From Callorhinchus milii (taxonomy: Eukaryota), in assembly GCF_018977255.1 (NCBI RefSeq), contig NW_024704742.1:101620001-101684000 (forward strand): a DNA stretch of 64,000 nucleotides, in the 5' to 3' direction. Position numbers and translations under genes: made by a program. The notes under the pieces are model-generated. The model was not told the DNA's origin. It saw nothing but the letters and a program-made list of their open reading frames with translations, and made no database searches. Shown piece after piece: positions 1 through 13,667 of the stretch (position 1 is the stretch's first letter; every line of letters begins with the position of its first letter).

Positions 1-299
1 TCAATCCTGTGAAGCATTTTGAGCTACCCTTCCGACCTGGTAGTCAAATGCAAGGATTATATTATGTATTGAAAATGTCTTAATCTTAAACCCGTGAAAA
101 GGCTGAAAACACCAAGAGGGTGCCACAGAAACCCTGGCGTTACTGGAATACTGGGAACCAATGAAGCCTGACAAAGATGGGAGTATTGGTGTGAACAATC
201 TAACAAAAAATAAGAATTAGTACATTTGGCATAATATCCTTCAATGCAGGAAGACTTCTCAAAAGCATTTCACAGATATACTGACAGTACTTTCTTGGC

Positions 300-720
300 A
301 ATTGCAGCAACCAATTTCCCTGAGGGATTGTTGGCCTGGACGTTGGGAGAGTTGGAGTTTGTGGAAAGTGGAGTCATCAAGGAGAGGATTGGAGAAGTCT
401 AACAAAGGCAAGGATTATTATTATGGATAAAGTTTTCAGCTGCAAAGCGGGAGAGATAGGGGTGTAAGGAAGCAATTTTCTGAGGATGGAAGGAAGTAAT
501 CTTGGCCAAGGACCAGATATAAAGTTTGAAGGTAAAGCAGAACATCCTCAGTTAACCATTGGCTCAATTATCTGGAGCGAGCAGATAAGGTTGATACAAG
601 GTTAGAGCCAGACACAAGAAAATACGAGGCATAGCTGAACAAGAAGGCTTCAGTTTTGTTAACAATCAGCTTACGCCATTTATATTGCACTATTAAGAAT
701 TGGAAAGATCTGGTGGCACT
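300..720 (-). mobile_element. Old, degraded L2-like LINE fragment
   Basis: Minus strand reads KLIVNKTEAFLF-like, resembling the LNVNKTEA motif of the younger L2 copies. Ends approximate. Confidence 0.4.
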
Positions 721-1518
721 TCAGGAGAGTCAGCTTGATAAATTGCCCTGATTTCCATTTTACTGGCACCACGTTTAAAAGGAAGAAAATGAGAATGAGT
801 CGATGCTTGTTTCAATTTCACAATTTCAGAAAATTATCCTGTTTACATCATAAATATCTATATTCTTGCAGAGTTTTACATTTGTGTTTATATACAGTCT
901 GTTTGTATATTCTCTGCACTCTGAGACACTACCCTGCGTGAAGGGCGCTTCGTAAATACAAGTTGTTGTATAACCTAAGTCTGTGTTGCATTAGCTGTAA
1001 TTACAGCTGCATCAAAAGCATCAGTATGTAAAAATCCATAACTGTTTAAATTCTTCATGAGTTTCTACCATTTAGAGACCTAATAAATACTGAGAGATAT
1101 CATTCCATGATAAAAGATTATATTTTAATCCTCCTCTATTGCACATAAACTGCAGGATGTTACATAATAACATGATGGAAGTTGGCAAGGATATAAACCC
1201 TAACATTTTGTCGTAGCCACTTACAGTGTGTCAAGAGAACAGTTAACCAATAAACATTTGATACTGACACAGCAATCTACTCATACCTGCATGGATGTGG
1301 AAGGGTAAAAGAGGAATGGGCATGGAATCATGATGAACACTACAAGGAAAGTAGTCAGAACAAAACAATAGGAGAACTCTCATCTCTACAAAATAGCTGC
1401 TTTACTCAGATTAATGGCTAACATCAATTAGGTGTAATTCTATACCTGAGTATTTTATATCTGCACACATTATACAATATAATGCAGTATGCGCTAGATC
1501 ATTTTTCGGACATTGAAA

Positions 1519-1602
1519 TTTAATTCATAACACGCATTTTGTTGTGAACACAATGTATATTTATACATTGTGTTCACCACAAAATGATTGTTATGAATTA
1601 AA
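1519..1602. repeat. Near-perfect inverted repeat (41-bp arms, 2-nt spacer)
   Basis: Arms 1519-1559 and 1562-1602 are reverse complements with 3 mismatches. Confidence 0.9.
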
Positions 1603-2734
1603 TCAGTTGTTTAGTAGGTTATCATAATTGTGTATACTACAGACATTTGTAAGAGCACAGACCTACCCTCAAGTCATAGTATGAGCAACAAATAAAATAT
1701 TACTCGATTTCCACAGATAATATAATTTTTTATAACTGTTCTGGAAAGAACGAACTACTCCAGTAGTTGCAAAAATTAAGTTTTCAAATTAATCCATCTA
1801 CAGCATAAATTAACCAGATCTTAATTCTTTGAGTGTTCAATGTAGCTGTTGGACATGCAGGTATTCCTGTGATTATATTAATTATTCTGTAACTCCAGAC
1901 AAATGTTGAGACAGGAATTATGCATATCATTTTACAATGCTTGAGGGATTCATTATCCATTAATGTAATTAAAATCTCAGTTCTGAACTCACCATAATTT
2001 AGTCTATAATTCCAAGTAGTGAAACCTAATTTTAAATTATCTGATTTGGGAACTTTAGTCCGCAGAGAACAATCAGAGAAAAGAAATTGGAGAAAGTGGG
2101 AAGTATCTGCATTCTGAACCTCAGAAGTATTTTTGTGCTAGGAATTAGCATCCTCACTCTGCCAAATGGTGCATTAATTAACACATATGCATGACCAGTT
2201 TACAAATCAGTTAAAGAACCATACCAAAGCTTTAGTTGCAGAATCATTTTAAGCATAATTTTCATATTTGCAATTTTATTGTAACGTGTCTGATAAGAAA
2301 TGCCTTATTAAACATCAAACAGCCATGGTCAGAAATATATTTCCTTGTACAGAGATTAAACTAACATTATTTTTAAATTGCTCATCAGTATGTGGACAGT
2401 GTTTTTTTGGCAATTGAGCTATAGATTTGGAGATTTCAGGCCAGAAACATCAAAACTAAGTAAAGAAACACAGTCAATCATCATAAGAGGAACTGATGAA
2501 TCGATCAAGTCAGGCACCATAGCCTAAGAGCCCAAAGGATGAGTTATCTAACCTGATATAAAAAGTGACTTACTTTCAGTAATTTGAAAAATGTTTTATT
2601 TCCCTTCCCCTGAATTATGTTGAACATACAATAATCACCTTTAAAATAGTTAAAGTCTAAGAATAGAATTATAAACTATATTGATAACTGCAAACACAGA
2701 TGATTGTTGGTCCGTTAAATACATTAGAGTGCTA

Positions 2735-3332
2735 GTAACTGGCTCCGTTAGTAGCAGTCTCATCTATGAGTCAGCCAGTTGCAAAGGCCTGAAGTGAAGG
2801 TGCTATATCAGCGCTGGTCCAAACCATGGGCCACGGATCCATCAAGAGGCGGACATCTGCATGAGTCTAGGTAGGTTCGTGTTCAATCGATAGTGTGCTT
2901 TCAGTTTTATCCTGATTAAATATTTATGGCATAAATCAAGAAATATTCAATCAAGAAAATGTGTTTTGTTGGCCACATAAAGATTGGCCACCACAACTTG
3001 TTGTTGTATATTTAAGCCACAGGCTGGGCATTTGAGCTCACAGTGAATCTGACACGGCACTGGGGATGCGCTGCAGTGTTGGAGGGCCATCTTTCAGATG
3101 AGTCTAAAACCGAAATCCCATCCGCCTACCAATGGACATTAAAGATTCCATGGTCCAATTTAAGAGAAAGGAGCTTTACACAGTATCTACCCAACAATCC
3201 TCAAGATAAGATTGATCATTTACTTCCTGGATGTTTGTGGGACATTGCTGTGCACAAATAGGCCACCGTGTTCACTACATTCAATACACAGTCACTTCAC
3301 TGTACTGTAAAATCCTGTGAAGCACTTTAAGA
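2735..3332 (+). mobile_element. Old Deu-domain (SacSINE1/AmnSINE-like) SINE interrupted by nested insertions
   Basis: tRNA-like head near 2740-2780. The core GGAGGGCCATCTTTCAGATGAG...AAAGATTCCATGG and TGTTTGTGGGACATTGCTGTGCACAAAT is shared with the copies at 21.8, 31.2, 40.7, 53.1 and 56.4 kb. Confidence 0.6.
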
Positions 3333-4615
3333 TTCGACTTTAGTTTTTTATAAATCGAAAATTTAAGTTTTTAAAATGTTTATATTGGCTGCAGCTATAC
3401 CACAGCCATTGCAAAGTCCCAGCGTGAGCCGAGTTCCATCAAGTATATGATTGTCTAAACCTGTCCCAGATTTGGGAGACTGCAAATGTACTTCTGGTTT
3501 GGTGCCGGTATTATCATTAAAATCAGTTAAATTAATCTCATCAAACTCTGTTTAATAAATGGCGCTCAGTACCTCAGATTATGAAGTTATAATAACTAAA
3601 CAAAATTATTCTGTGAGACTTCACTCAGTTTCCATATTCAAATTAGCCAACTGACCACAAAAGGTCCCATCTGTTGCTGTGACTACTTCAATCATCCAGA
3701 ATATCATAGTTGCTGTTCAATTGGCATTGATTTTGGAAAGTACGATATCTAAAAGGCATCAGACACAGCCATCCATAATCTTTGCATGAAAAAATGTGAT
3801 TTTTAGAAAAATATTTCCATTGATATAGTATCACAATGATTAAGTGATGTCTCAAAGGTGTTTCAACTGATTTGTTTGGGCTATAAACAATGCTCAATAA
3901 AATTCACTTATTCCTGTTGAAAACACATTTTCTAGTGTTATAAATAGAGAAAGTGTTACAAGGCCAGCAGTTTGATACAGCAAATAACTCTGAAGATAGC
4001 CCAGAACGCTCTCTTGGCTGTCTCTGGGAGTTATCTAGTCAGCCCCACTTTTGATTATATCTGTCTCATTGCATGACTGGCCAGGATAAACGTTCTATTT
4101 ATTCACACAGTAGTGTGTATTGCAGACTTCAGTTTGCAGAAAAGATACAAGTGTACATTAATACACTGAAGAACTCTCAAAAGCATTTGGCACTTTGCTA
4201 ACAGGGATAAACTTCAATACATACTGAATAATATTGGACTTGTTGAGCATTTGTTCTTCAAGATCTTCCTCCTGCTTCCATTTGTTTTCAAATAAATATG
4301 TTTGGGGGTCTGAACAACTAGTAGCCACGCAACTACTCTTTATACAATTCACCTGTAAACCTGGTATGCACCAGCTAAGCTTCAATAAGAAAAAAAGTCA
4401 TGCATAATGATTCTCATTTACAACTATATTTTAGGGTTTTTGAGGTTAACACTTAACTGTGTAATTTATTAATTTGTTTTTATCAATTAGCTACCCAAGG
4501 AACTGGATAACTCTTTATAAGTTGATTAGTTTTAAACAAAAAATACTGATGTATAATAGTAGATATGTATATAATATAATGTACAAATGTATAATAGTAC
4601 ATGGTTATTGTTCAA

Positions 4616-5835
4616 TACCGTTGACCACTCCATCCTCCTCCACTGCCTCTCCTCTCACCTCAACTTTCATGGTTCTGTCCTTGACTGGTTCAAATCCTAC
4701 CTATCACACCATCTCCACAAAAGGTTTCTCCTCCAGCACCATCAGCACTCTGTCCTTGGCCCTCTCCTCTTCAATATCTATATGCTCCCACTTGGTGACA
4801 TCATCCACAGACATGGGTCAACTTCCATATGTATGCGGATGACACCCAACTCTACCTCTCTGTCTCCACCCTCGACTCCAGGACCACTGCTGTCCTGACA
4901 GAATGTCTGTCAGACATCAAGTCCTGGATGAGAGCTAACTTTCTACTTTTGAACGTCAACAAGACCGAGGCCTTCCTGATTGGCTCCCGTCAGCGCCTCC
5001 ACAACTCAGGCACTGACAGCATCACCATCCAAAGAGACACACTCCACCTTATTAAGCGAGTCTGGAACGTTGGCATCTTGTTTGATCCCAAACAAACTTT
5101 TCACCCCACATATGTGCCATGTCCCACTCTGCCTTCCCCCACCTTCGCCCAGCTCCGCCAGTCTCACATCGCAGGCCGCTGAAACCCTCATACATGCATT
5201 CATAACATCCAGGCTTGACTTTACAAACTCCCTTGTCAGCCTCCCCAACCCTTCCCTCCATAGTTTGCAGATCATCCAGAACTCAGCAGACCGTGTCCTC
5301 TCCCGCACCAGGCTCCATGATCCTATCACCTCCATCCTCGCCCTACTCCACTGGCTTCCCATCATAGAGGATACAGTTCAAGTTCCTGGTCCTCACTTTC
5401 AAAGCCCTCCACGGCCGTGCTCCCCCTACATCTGTGACCTCCTTAACCTCTACCAACCTGCCCGCTCACCTCCACTCAGCGGGCTCTGACCTGCTTCACA
5501 TCCTCTGTCTTGCCTGTTCCACCATTGTTGGGCGAGCTTTCAGCCACTCTGCCCCCACCCTCTGGAACTCCATTCTGCCCAGTCCCTCTGTCTCATCCCT
5601 TGCCTCCTTCCAGACCCATCTCAAGACCCTCCTCTTCGACCGTGAGGATGGTCACCCACTATCCCCCCCTGTCCTCCACCCTCCCCGATCCCGACCCCCA
5701 GCTCGGCACCGAAACACTGATTGCGCAGCGCCTTGGGACTTCCTCCTGACGTGAAAGGCGGTATACAAATGTCATTTTGTTGTTGTTGTATTGTGGAGAG
5801 CGCTATATAAATTCAAGTTGTTGTTGTTGTTGTTG
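4616..5835 (+). mobile_element. 5'-truncated L2-clade LINE (RT C-terminus and 3' UTR, frameshifted)
   Basis: YADDTQLY, LNVNKTEA, LIHAFITSRLD and LHWLPI motifs, then the tail GCGCCTTGGGAC..GTGAAAGGCG and (TTG)n. Confidence 0.9.
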
Positions 5836-6002
5836 GACCAACGATTTAACAGTCCTATTTTCACATTCCATTTCTTCAAAAGTAGCTATTTCATTAGAAA
5901 TCAATAAAGCACAGGAAGAGTTTGCATGAAAAATTAATTTATTAAAAATAATGTTCAAAATTATTCAAATTTAAGTCAATTACTTGTGATTATTTCTTTA
6001 AT

Positions 6003-6212
6003 TAATAATAATCCCTCCAAAACAAAACAATAATAAATTGGTCATTTTCAATCCACGACTGTTTGTGGGACACTGCTGTGTGCAATTGGCTGCCACGTTT
6101 CACCCGCAAATATACGGTCAATTCATTTTACTGTATGTTCTATGAAGCCCTGTGAGACATCTGGAAGATGTGGAAAGCGCTAAAGCAAATACGAGGATTA
6201 TTATTATTATTA
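6003..6212 (+). mobile_element. 5'-truncated copy of the tRNA-headed SINE
   Basis: Matches the 3' half of the full copies at 14784 and 60172, with an (ATT)n tail. Confidence 0.85.
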
Positions 6213-7534
6213 CAATTATGTTATTACCCACCTGAAAACTGTATTAGGAATATTATACCTGATTTATTAAACCAAGAATACTTTCTACTGAGTTTCATTA
6301 ACAACACAAATTAGAGAATAAACATACAACTAAAAGAAAACTTTTACCCTATTTGCTTTCAATTGCTTACAAACACAATAGTTACACCCTGTTGACCTCG
6401 AGTACACACTGTTGTGTCCTGGTGAAATTTAGCCTAATTTAACCAGTAATCGCCAAGCTGAGCAAAAGTAGAAAAATCCTCTATAACTCAAGAGCACTGA
6501 CTATCTGTGCGGTAGGGAGGGTGTTTTGTTCGATTAGCTAAATGGAATAATTTAAAATATTTAACAGCTGTTTCTTGTTTTTATCAGCACCAGTGAACAA
6601 ACCAAAAGTGGCTGAATAAACTGCCTCTTGGGGTCACTAGCACAACAGAACCAATGGGTAACACAACATAAACAGTAACTCCATGGTGCATATCTTCTCT
6701 TTAGCTTGCTTAGAAATTCTAGTTTATTTCAAAATAAGTTGAATAGAGAGCTCCCTCCAATATAGTAAATAGTGGGATTACCTACCACATTCATATCAAC
6801 AAAACAAATCAAACTTTCAATATAATTTACATTTATATAGAGCCTTTCATGGCAGGAGGACATCTCAAAGCACTTACATTGCTGACTGGGCACCCAAATG
6901 AGGGCTCAAAACATTTTAAAACAAAACATTGTGTAACCAAATGTTAGGGAATATACAAAATTATTTTGAACTATTCTCCCCTCATTGACTTTAAAATGGT
7001 TAAAAGCAATGTCTTATTTAAGACATCATACTGGACAACAAAGTGGAAGGAAGAGGAATATTTTTCTCTACTTTCAGAAAAATTATAGCTAGTCCTACAA
7101 AATAATTAGACCAAGCTTCTGGCTGAGTGGTGTAACATAATGAGAAAAATTCTTCTCATTCTTCCTACAGTTGCTTTCATCCAAAGAGGCAATAATTTCC
7201 AATGCAGAAAAACATGTGGATCAAAATAATGAGAACCTCAAAAGTAAATATAACTAACAGGTTCCTTATCAGAAACCTGGCCACAATAGAGTGACAAACA
7301 ATACATCTCATTATAGTTTGTGGTGGGGAGGGGGGAAATCACACTGCAATGTTACATACTGAACATCTCCCACACAATTAAACCAAGCACAGGAGACTAT
7401 GTCGGCAAGTCATCATCAAATTTAGCTTTAAAACAAGGTGTCGTTCGCTTCAACATTATTTTAGTTAGTTTCAAGAGAATGTTTTATCAACAATTATATT
7501 GTTATACGATTTGACAAGAATAACAATTTTGAAA

Positions 7535-7540
7535 TTTATT
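7535..7540 (-). terminator. Candidate polyadenylation signal AATAAA for HSD17B4
   Basis: First minus-strand AATAAA about 95 nt after the stop codon, followed by a U/GU-rich stretch (TTGTTATTCTTGTC). Confidence 0.55.
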
Positions 7541-7633
7541 GCTGAAAGCTTTTTGAGTAGTCCTGTGAACAGGATAGATGCACATGCAGAGATACTGCTT
7601 CAAGATATACTTCATTGTCGTCACAATATTCTC

Positions 7634-7723
7634 TCACAGCTTTGCATAATCTTTAAGGATCATTTCAAGTTTCTGACTCAGCATGATGTTTCCCTTCACC
7701 TTCAGTTTACCTGCAAAGAAAGC
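7634..7723 (-). CDS. HSD17B4: HSD17B4 exon 24 (coding part), [29 protein letters not shown]
   Basis: CAG acceptor, TGA at 7636-7634, C-terminal AKL peroxisomal targeting signal 1. Confidence 0.97.
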   Translation of the reverse strand, partial: AFFAGKLKVKGNIMLSQKLEMILKDYAKL

Positions 7724-9176
7724 CTGCAAAAATGTAAATGATTATTGTTATCTTTCACAAAGGCATTTGAAAATGAGAATCATTTTGTTCTGAAAGAGAA
7801 ATATTTACTACACACCCATGCACTGAAAGCCTGTTATAGAATATCATACATCCCTAAGAAAAATGCTTCTGAACATAATTCTTGCAGAAAAGAAATTCCT
7901 TTGGTATTAGGTAAATCAAGACTGAGAAGACCACACTTAATTTAAAATGAATTGTGTTCGAAAAAAGCAGAATTTAAGACCTTGATTCAATAGTGCAAAT
8001 GGAAAAAAACATCTTACCCTAACCCCCAAATTAATTTGAAAGGTTCAAACAATTAGTATTGAATTATCTATCAGGTAATTATCTATCTATCAGGTAATCT
8101 GATACATATTACAAATCACATGGGTACCACTCACTGCAGAATGATTTAATACTTTCAGTGATATTTCCCCTATATTGCCAAATCAGGCTCTGTGAGTATC
8201 TGATTTCAGTGCAATCAAAACTGCTAAAATCCTGGACCAACAGGATTTTTTTCATTTTTTAAAAAAAATCTGAAGGCTACAACATTCTGTGGAAGAATAG
8301 TTTAGTTAGTTGACAGTAATAAATTTATTGGAATACAATTTCAAATACTTCCAATGATATCCACACATTTGTTTTCAGATATCAGACACATAAAACCAAT
8401 GAAATGTGCCTCTTGTCTTTTGTAAATTTTCCCTAAAGATTTTTTTATTGAAAAACATTTCTGATATGCAACAGAAAGTTAGATTCATTAAATAAATCTA
8501 ATGAGAAATTGAATGGGTAGGCTAATGGGATCAATGGTCTCCTCAATAAAACTGCTATTATATTAATACTATATTAGATATATATTGTCTTGATTATACA
8601 AATCAGTATTTATAATGTAGAGGTTATGTGATAACAAGAATAGTGAAAAACAGCAGAATGCCAGGAGCTCAGTTTTAATCCATCCAAATCTGTCATTGAT
8701 AGATTCTATTAACAGTAAAAGAAGCTCTGCAGTTCAATGGAGATGGGATTTCAATCAAGCATGTTTCATTCAATATTTACACGGATTATCTGCACTCAAT
8801 GAAATAATCTATGCGCACTAATAATTTTATTGTGTTTTCATTTCACGATTAGGTGTTATTTCAACAATGCAGGAATAGAATTTGTCCAATTCTAAGATTA
8901 AGAAATAAGAAACTTTCTATTAATAAAATTTCCAGACATAAGAACAACTTTCATTTAGTTGGCTTCCTTCACGTAGGAACTTGTCTTGGAATGCTTCTCA
9001 GGGACAATTCAGAAACCAAGCAGGAGAGAAGGTGGGAGTTAATTGTAGGTGCAGTTGAAGAGGTAGGTTTTTAAGGTGGGATCTAAAGACAGAGAAGAGG
9101 CGAGACGGAGGGATAGAAAGAGGGAGTTCCAGAGAGTGAGGCATAGTTGCTAAACTTATATTTGTAAGACTGTTAC

Positions 9177-9304
9177 CTTTTGAGGATTGAGATTTCCTAA
9201 TGCCACTTTCATGAAATCTTCATCTGACACTGTAAAGACTGTGTCAGCTTGATTCCTTGCTTCTTCTTTATACAACTCACCAGATCCATTCTTCAGGTCA
9301 ATAG
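9177..9304 (-). CDS. HSD17B4: HSD17B4 exon 23, TIDLKNGSGELYKEEARNQADTVFTVSDEDFMKVALGNLNPQK
   Basis: 128 nt, TAG acceptor, GTAACA donor. Confidence 0.96.
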
Positions 9305-9624
9305 CTACAAAATATAAGACAACCATAAGAAACATGTTTCTCATTGTCTATTCACAATTCTACATTTAATATTTCAAATGAACCAGAAAATACAAATACA
9401 CACTGCACTGCAATTCACTGTGAAAAGGTCAATCTGAGTCCCAAACATCAGAGGCTACTGAGACTGGTGAAAATTATCACATCCAATGCATTATGAAACA
9501 TCGCAATTTTTACCATGTTCTGGAACATGCCCTTTGTTCCTTGATTGAAATCCCACATTAGAACAAGAGCACTGAAACAAAATGAGATTAAACAATAAAG
9601 TTTCTTAAATCATTGCAGGTTTAC

Positions 9625-10630
9625 AATAACAACAAGATTATATTTTTATAGCTCTTTTCAAGTCGGGAGGACATCCCAAGGCGCTGGACAGAGTACAGCA
9701 TTTCAGATCCAAGCTGCGGTCAGGGAGGGAGAAGGGAGGGGAGGGGAAGGGGGGTGACTGATGGCATGTTCGAAGAGGAGGGTTTTGTGACAGGACTTCA
9801 AGGAGGCTAAGGAGGAGCGAGGCGGAGTGATTGGGAGATGGAATTCCAGAGGTTGGGGGCAGAGTGGCTGAAGGCTCTCCTGCCAATGGTGGAGCGGGTG
9901 GGTCGGGAGACGTGGAGGAGGCAGGAGCCGGCTGAACGGAGGGAGGGGGTGGGGTGGTAGGAGGTTGCAGAGGTATATGGTGCGAGGCCATGGAGGGCTT
10001 TGTAGGTGAGGATCAGGATCTTGAAGTGGATTCTACGAAGGATAGGGAGCTAATGGAGTTGGGCGAGAATGGGGGAGATGGGGTCGCGGAGTTTGGTGCG
10101 CGAGAGGATTATCTGCAGCCTGTGGAGGGAGGAGTTGGGAAGGCCGACAAGCAGGGCATTTGCATAGTCGAGCCTGGAGGTGATGAAGGCATGAACAAGA
10201 GTTTCAGTGGCCTGAGGGGTGATGTAGTGGCGGAGTCGAGCGATATTATGGAGGTGAGGGAAGGCAGAGCAGGTCATGGCTTGGATGTGGGGAAGAAAAG
10301 ACAGTTGAGGGTCGAACAAGGTACCTAGGTTCCTGACTGGCTGGTGAGTTGTAGTGTGCAACCATGGAGGTTAATGCTGCCAGAGCCTGAGGTGCTGAGG
10401 CGCTGGCGCGAGCCAATCAGGAGGGCTTCAGTCTTGTTCACATTCAACTGTAGGAAGTTTACCCTCATCCAAAACTTGATGTCCGACAGGCAGTCTGTCA
10501 GGACAGCAGTGGTCCTGGAGTTGAGGGTGGAGGCCGAAAGATAGAGTTGGGTGTCATCCACGTACATATGGAAGTTGACCCCATGTCTGCGGATGATGTC
10601 ACCAAGGGGGAGCATGTAGATATTAAAGAG
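9625..10630 (-). mobile_element. 5'-truncated L2-clade LINE
   Basis: YVDDTQLY, LNVNKTEALL and LVHAFITSRLDY on the minus strand. Same family as 4616-5835. Confidence 0.9.
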
Positions 10631-13528
10631 GTTTCGGATGATGGGTGGGTGAGAACAACAACAACAATAAGGTTACATTTGTATAACGCCTTTCATATTG
10701 GGAGGACGTCCCAAGACGCTGAAGGAAACTTTTCAGATAAAGACTGAACACCTTTCAAAGAATGAGGAAGGGACATTTAGCAAAATGCCTACAAGGCTTC
10801 AAGAAATCAGCTAAAGCTGGAGGATCCTTCAGACTGGCAACACTGAAGCTGCATTGATCCATCAGTGTCACTGTATTGTGATTCTGGAGAACAGCCTGAT
10901 TTTGTTTACTGTCTTGGGAGCATTTATTTCTACAGTAACAAAGATAATCATGTCTGAATATACATCATCATTCAATGACAATGTGTACGACACAGCACAA
11001 AAGAGAATGCCCTGCTCTTTCTTATGTAATATATATCTATGGACTATTAACTATGGACTGTTAAATATAAAGTTAGTTATGACTAGGGATGAGAAACAAG
11101 AGATTTATGGAATTATCGAGATGATTAGAAGTTTATGTACGCCAAGTAACAAAGCTATTCAAGGATATTCAACTTCTTTGCCCGCGCTTTTAGTTATCTT
11201 TCCCCTCCTGCCCCCTCTCCACCCCAGACTCCCACCCCCAGCCCGGTTGCTAAGCCAGGAGAGTTGATTGCCTTGGGACATCCTCTTGAAGTGAAAGGCA
11301 CTATATAAATGTAAATTTGTATTGTATACATCTTTTTGCGTCGAGCACCTATATATATGATCATTAGATAAAATGAAAAGCACTGGTGAGCATTTAAAAT
11401 TGCTAAAAATTATTTCAGAAGTGGGGAACTTAAAATATTAAATATCGTTGACTATTTCTGTACTATAAAGGTGTCTTGCAAGCACTACGTAGGTTTTCTT
11501 TCTAAAAAAAACTTGTTATGATCAAACAAAGATCTTATGCGAATAATTGTAACATTTTTAAAAATTTGAATCCAGAAAGATTATCCTAATTATCAATTAC
11601 CCCAATAAATACTGAAATTTCAAGAACATAATTTGTTTTAATGTAAAAAATGCCACCTTCTGGTCATTTTAAGTCTGAAATTGTATGCCAGTACTTAAAG
11701 AGTTAAACCAGCAAATTCTTTTGACTCAGCAGAGAAACCAAGGCACAGAAGCTTATGTAAGTTTGAATTTCGGATGTGGTTCTGTCTAACTAAATGCAGA
11801 CTTAAATCATCCTGAAGCTGCCATTTTCACTGTCTCCTGTCTCAAGGGCATTAACTGCAGATGTCAGGGTTGCACTTGTCATATAGGACAATAATGAGCT
11901 GAAGGGCTCAAAATATTTCTATAACTGTCAATTTCTGCAGCTCGCCAATGCACAGCCCAGGAAAGAAGCAACAAATCTTAGATTAAAAGTAGAACAACAT
12001 AACTCAACAGCAAGATTAGAGGGGGCAATGCCAGGTTCATCAACAAGAGCTTATGATGAAAGTAAACAACACTTTGATTATCCACCTTCGGAGTTAATAA
12101 AATCCAGCATGGACTGCAAAACATTAAACAAAATACATACCAAAAGAGTTTAGAGGCTTAATTGTATTACTGTTAGCCAAAAAAAATCTTTCAATACATC
12201 AAAAACTGTTTTGAGTCTAAGGAAGTCAGCAATTTGATTTTTGCCCTCAGCCATCATTAGTAATTGAGTAGTTTCAACATGATCACGAATTAAGTTTAAT
12301 TAAGGCGTTAAAGTGAATGTAATTAAATTGGAGCATTAAGAATAAGAGAAAGGTTAATTTTAATCAAATGTTACCAACCTTTCTGAAATGGATGTTTGAT
12401 TCATTTCCCTAATCCCAAACATTAAGGTATTTTTCTTTAACATACAAGTCACACCATTTACCATTGAAATACGAAATTTAATTCTGCCTAGTTTAATTAA
12501 ATCTCTAACACAGCAATGAAAGTTGCATTTGCTCATTCTACTATATCAAACAAGTAAGAATTCACAAATTAGAAAGAATAACTGGCTGAGTTATTACAAC
12601 TTGGGTTCGGACCTATGTAATCAAAATATACAATAATACACTGACATACAATAATGACATAACCTCCTGGCAGAGGTGCATAATAATATGCCTCTGGATC
12701 ACCTTCATACCAGCTGTTTGGCCTTTCATCTTAGTGAACTAAAATAACAGCGCCAGTTAAATGTAACTTACCTCTCTGGCTGTCAAAGTGAAAAATCAAA
12801 GTGGAAACTTAGAACATCTACTTTTGATTTAGACACTGAAAGCATTCACTTTTCAAAACAAAATGAAAGAAAAAAACATTTATATTTCTTAAGTATTGTG
12901 CAACCCTTGCAGAAATGTTTCCAGTAGCCCTGTGACCAACTATAGAATAATCTAATTTAGGATATTATCAAAATAATAGTCAAAATACCTGACAGATATG
13001 CTCTTCAAAGGGGTATGGGTATGTCCTGATCATTTCCTTTAATGGTGTCACAAAATGTTATTTAAGAGATTTTGAATAATTTGCAACTAAAAATATAACA
13101 GCATATTTGTGTAGATTAAGTGAAGTACCTAATTTCTTACCTTTACTTTTTGGAATACATGAAAACAATCACAGACTAGATTGATGGAGCATCTCTGCCT
13201 AACTTTACCGGATGGACACATTCATCTCAGAACCGCAGCAACACATCTGTATTGTTTCATCTATATTGTTTTAGCTTCATGCAATGTTACCTAACTTGAC
13301 AATTTGAAATTAAATCTACTCTGGACATAGCATAGCCTGGCAGTATACACTAATGCCAAATTGAATAAAAAGCTGTAAGTTTTTTTGTATATTTTTCAAT
13401 CTAACAATTACCACTGAAATAAATGGGTTTGAATTTAAAGTAATTTAAGAAATATTAAAATGGAGTCTGTGAAATTTAATTTGCAGCAATCAATTTTTTT
13501 GCACATTGCTCATGCTCATATTACTTAC

Positions 13529-13667
13529 TCCACTGGGCTGCAGTTTTTCCATCTTTAGTGATATCCCATTGGAAGACTGCATTCACCTTCTTCACCAGCT
13601 CCTTGCCAACATCTTTAATGCGTCTGCTGATTTCTCTAAACACAAGGTCACTTTGAAGCTCTCCTTC
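13529..13667 (-). CDS. HSD17B4: HSD17B4 exon 22 (SCP2 domain), [46 protein letters not shown]
   Basis: 139 nt (142 nt if the upstream AG of the TAGCAG tandem acceptor is used), GTAAGT donor. Confidence 0.93.

Noticed and set aside
4158..4385. 75-aa minus-strand ORF downstream of HSD17B4, possibly an exon of a neighbouring gene
   Set aside because: A plausible acceptor exists (TTACAG near 4354), but I recognise no homology and see no partner exons. A BLASTx search or RNA-seq would be needed.
7628..7636. Stop-codon readthrough giving an alternative peroxisomal signal
   Set aside because: The context is TGA GAG, not the TGA CTA readthrough motif, and AKL already precedes the stop.
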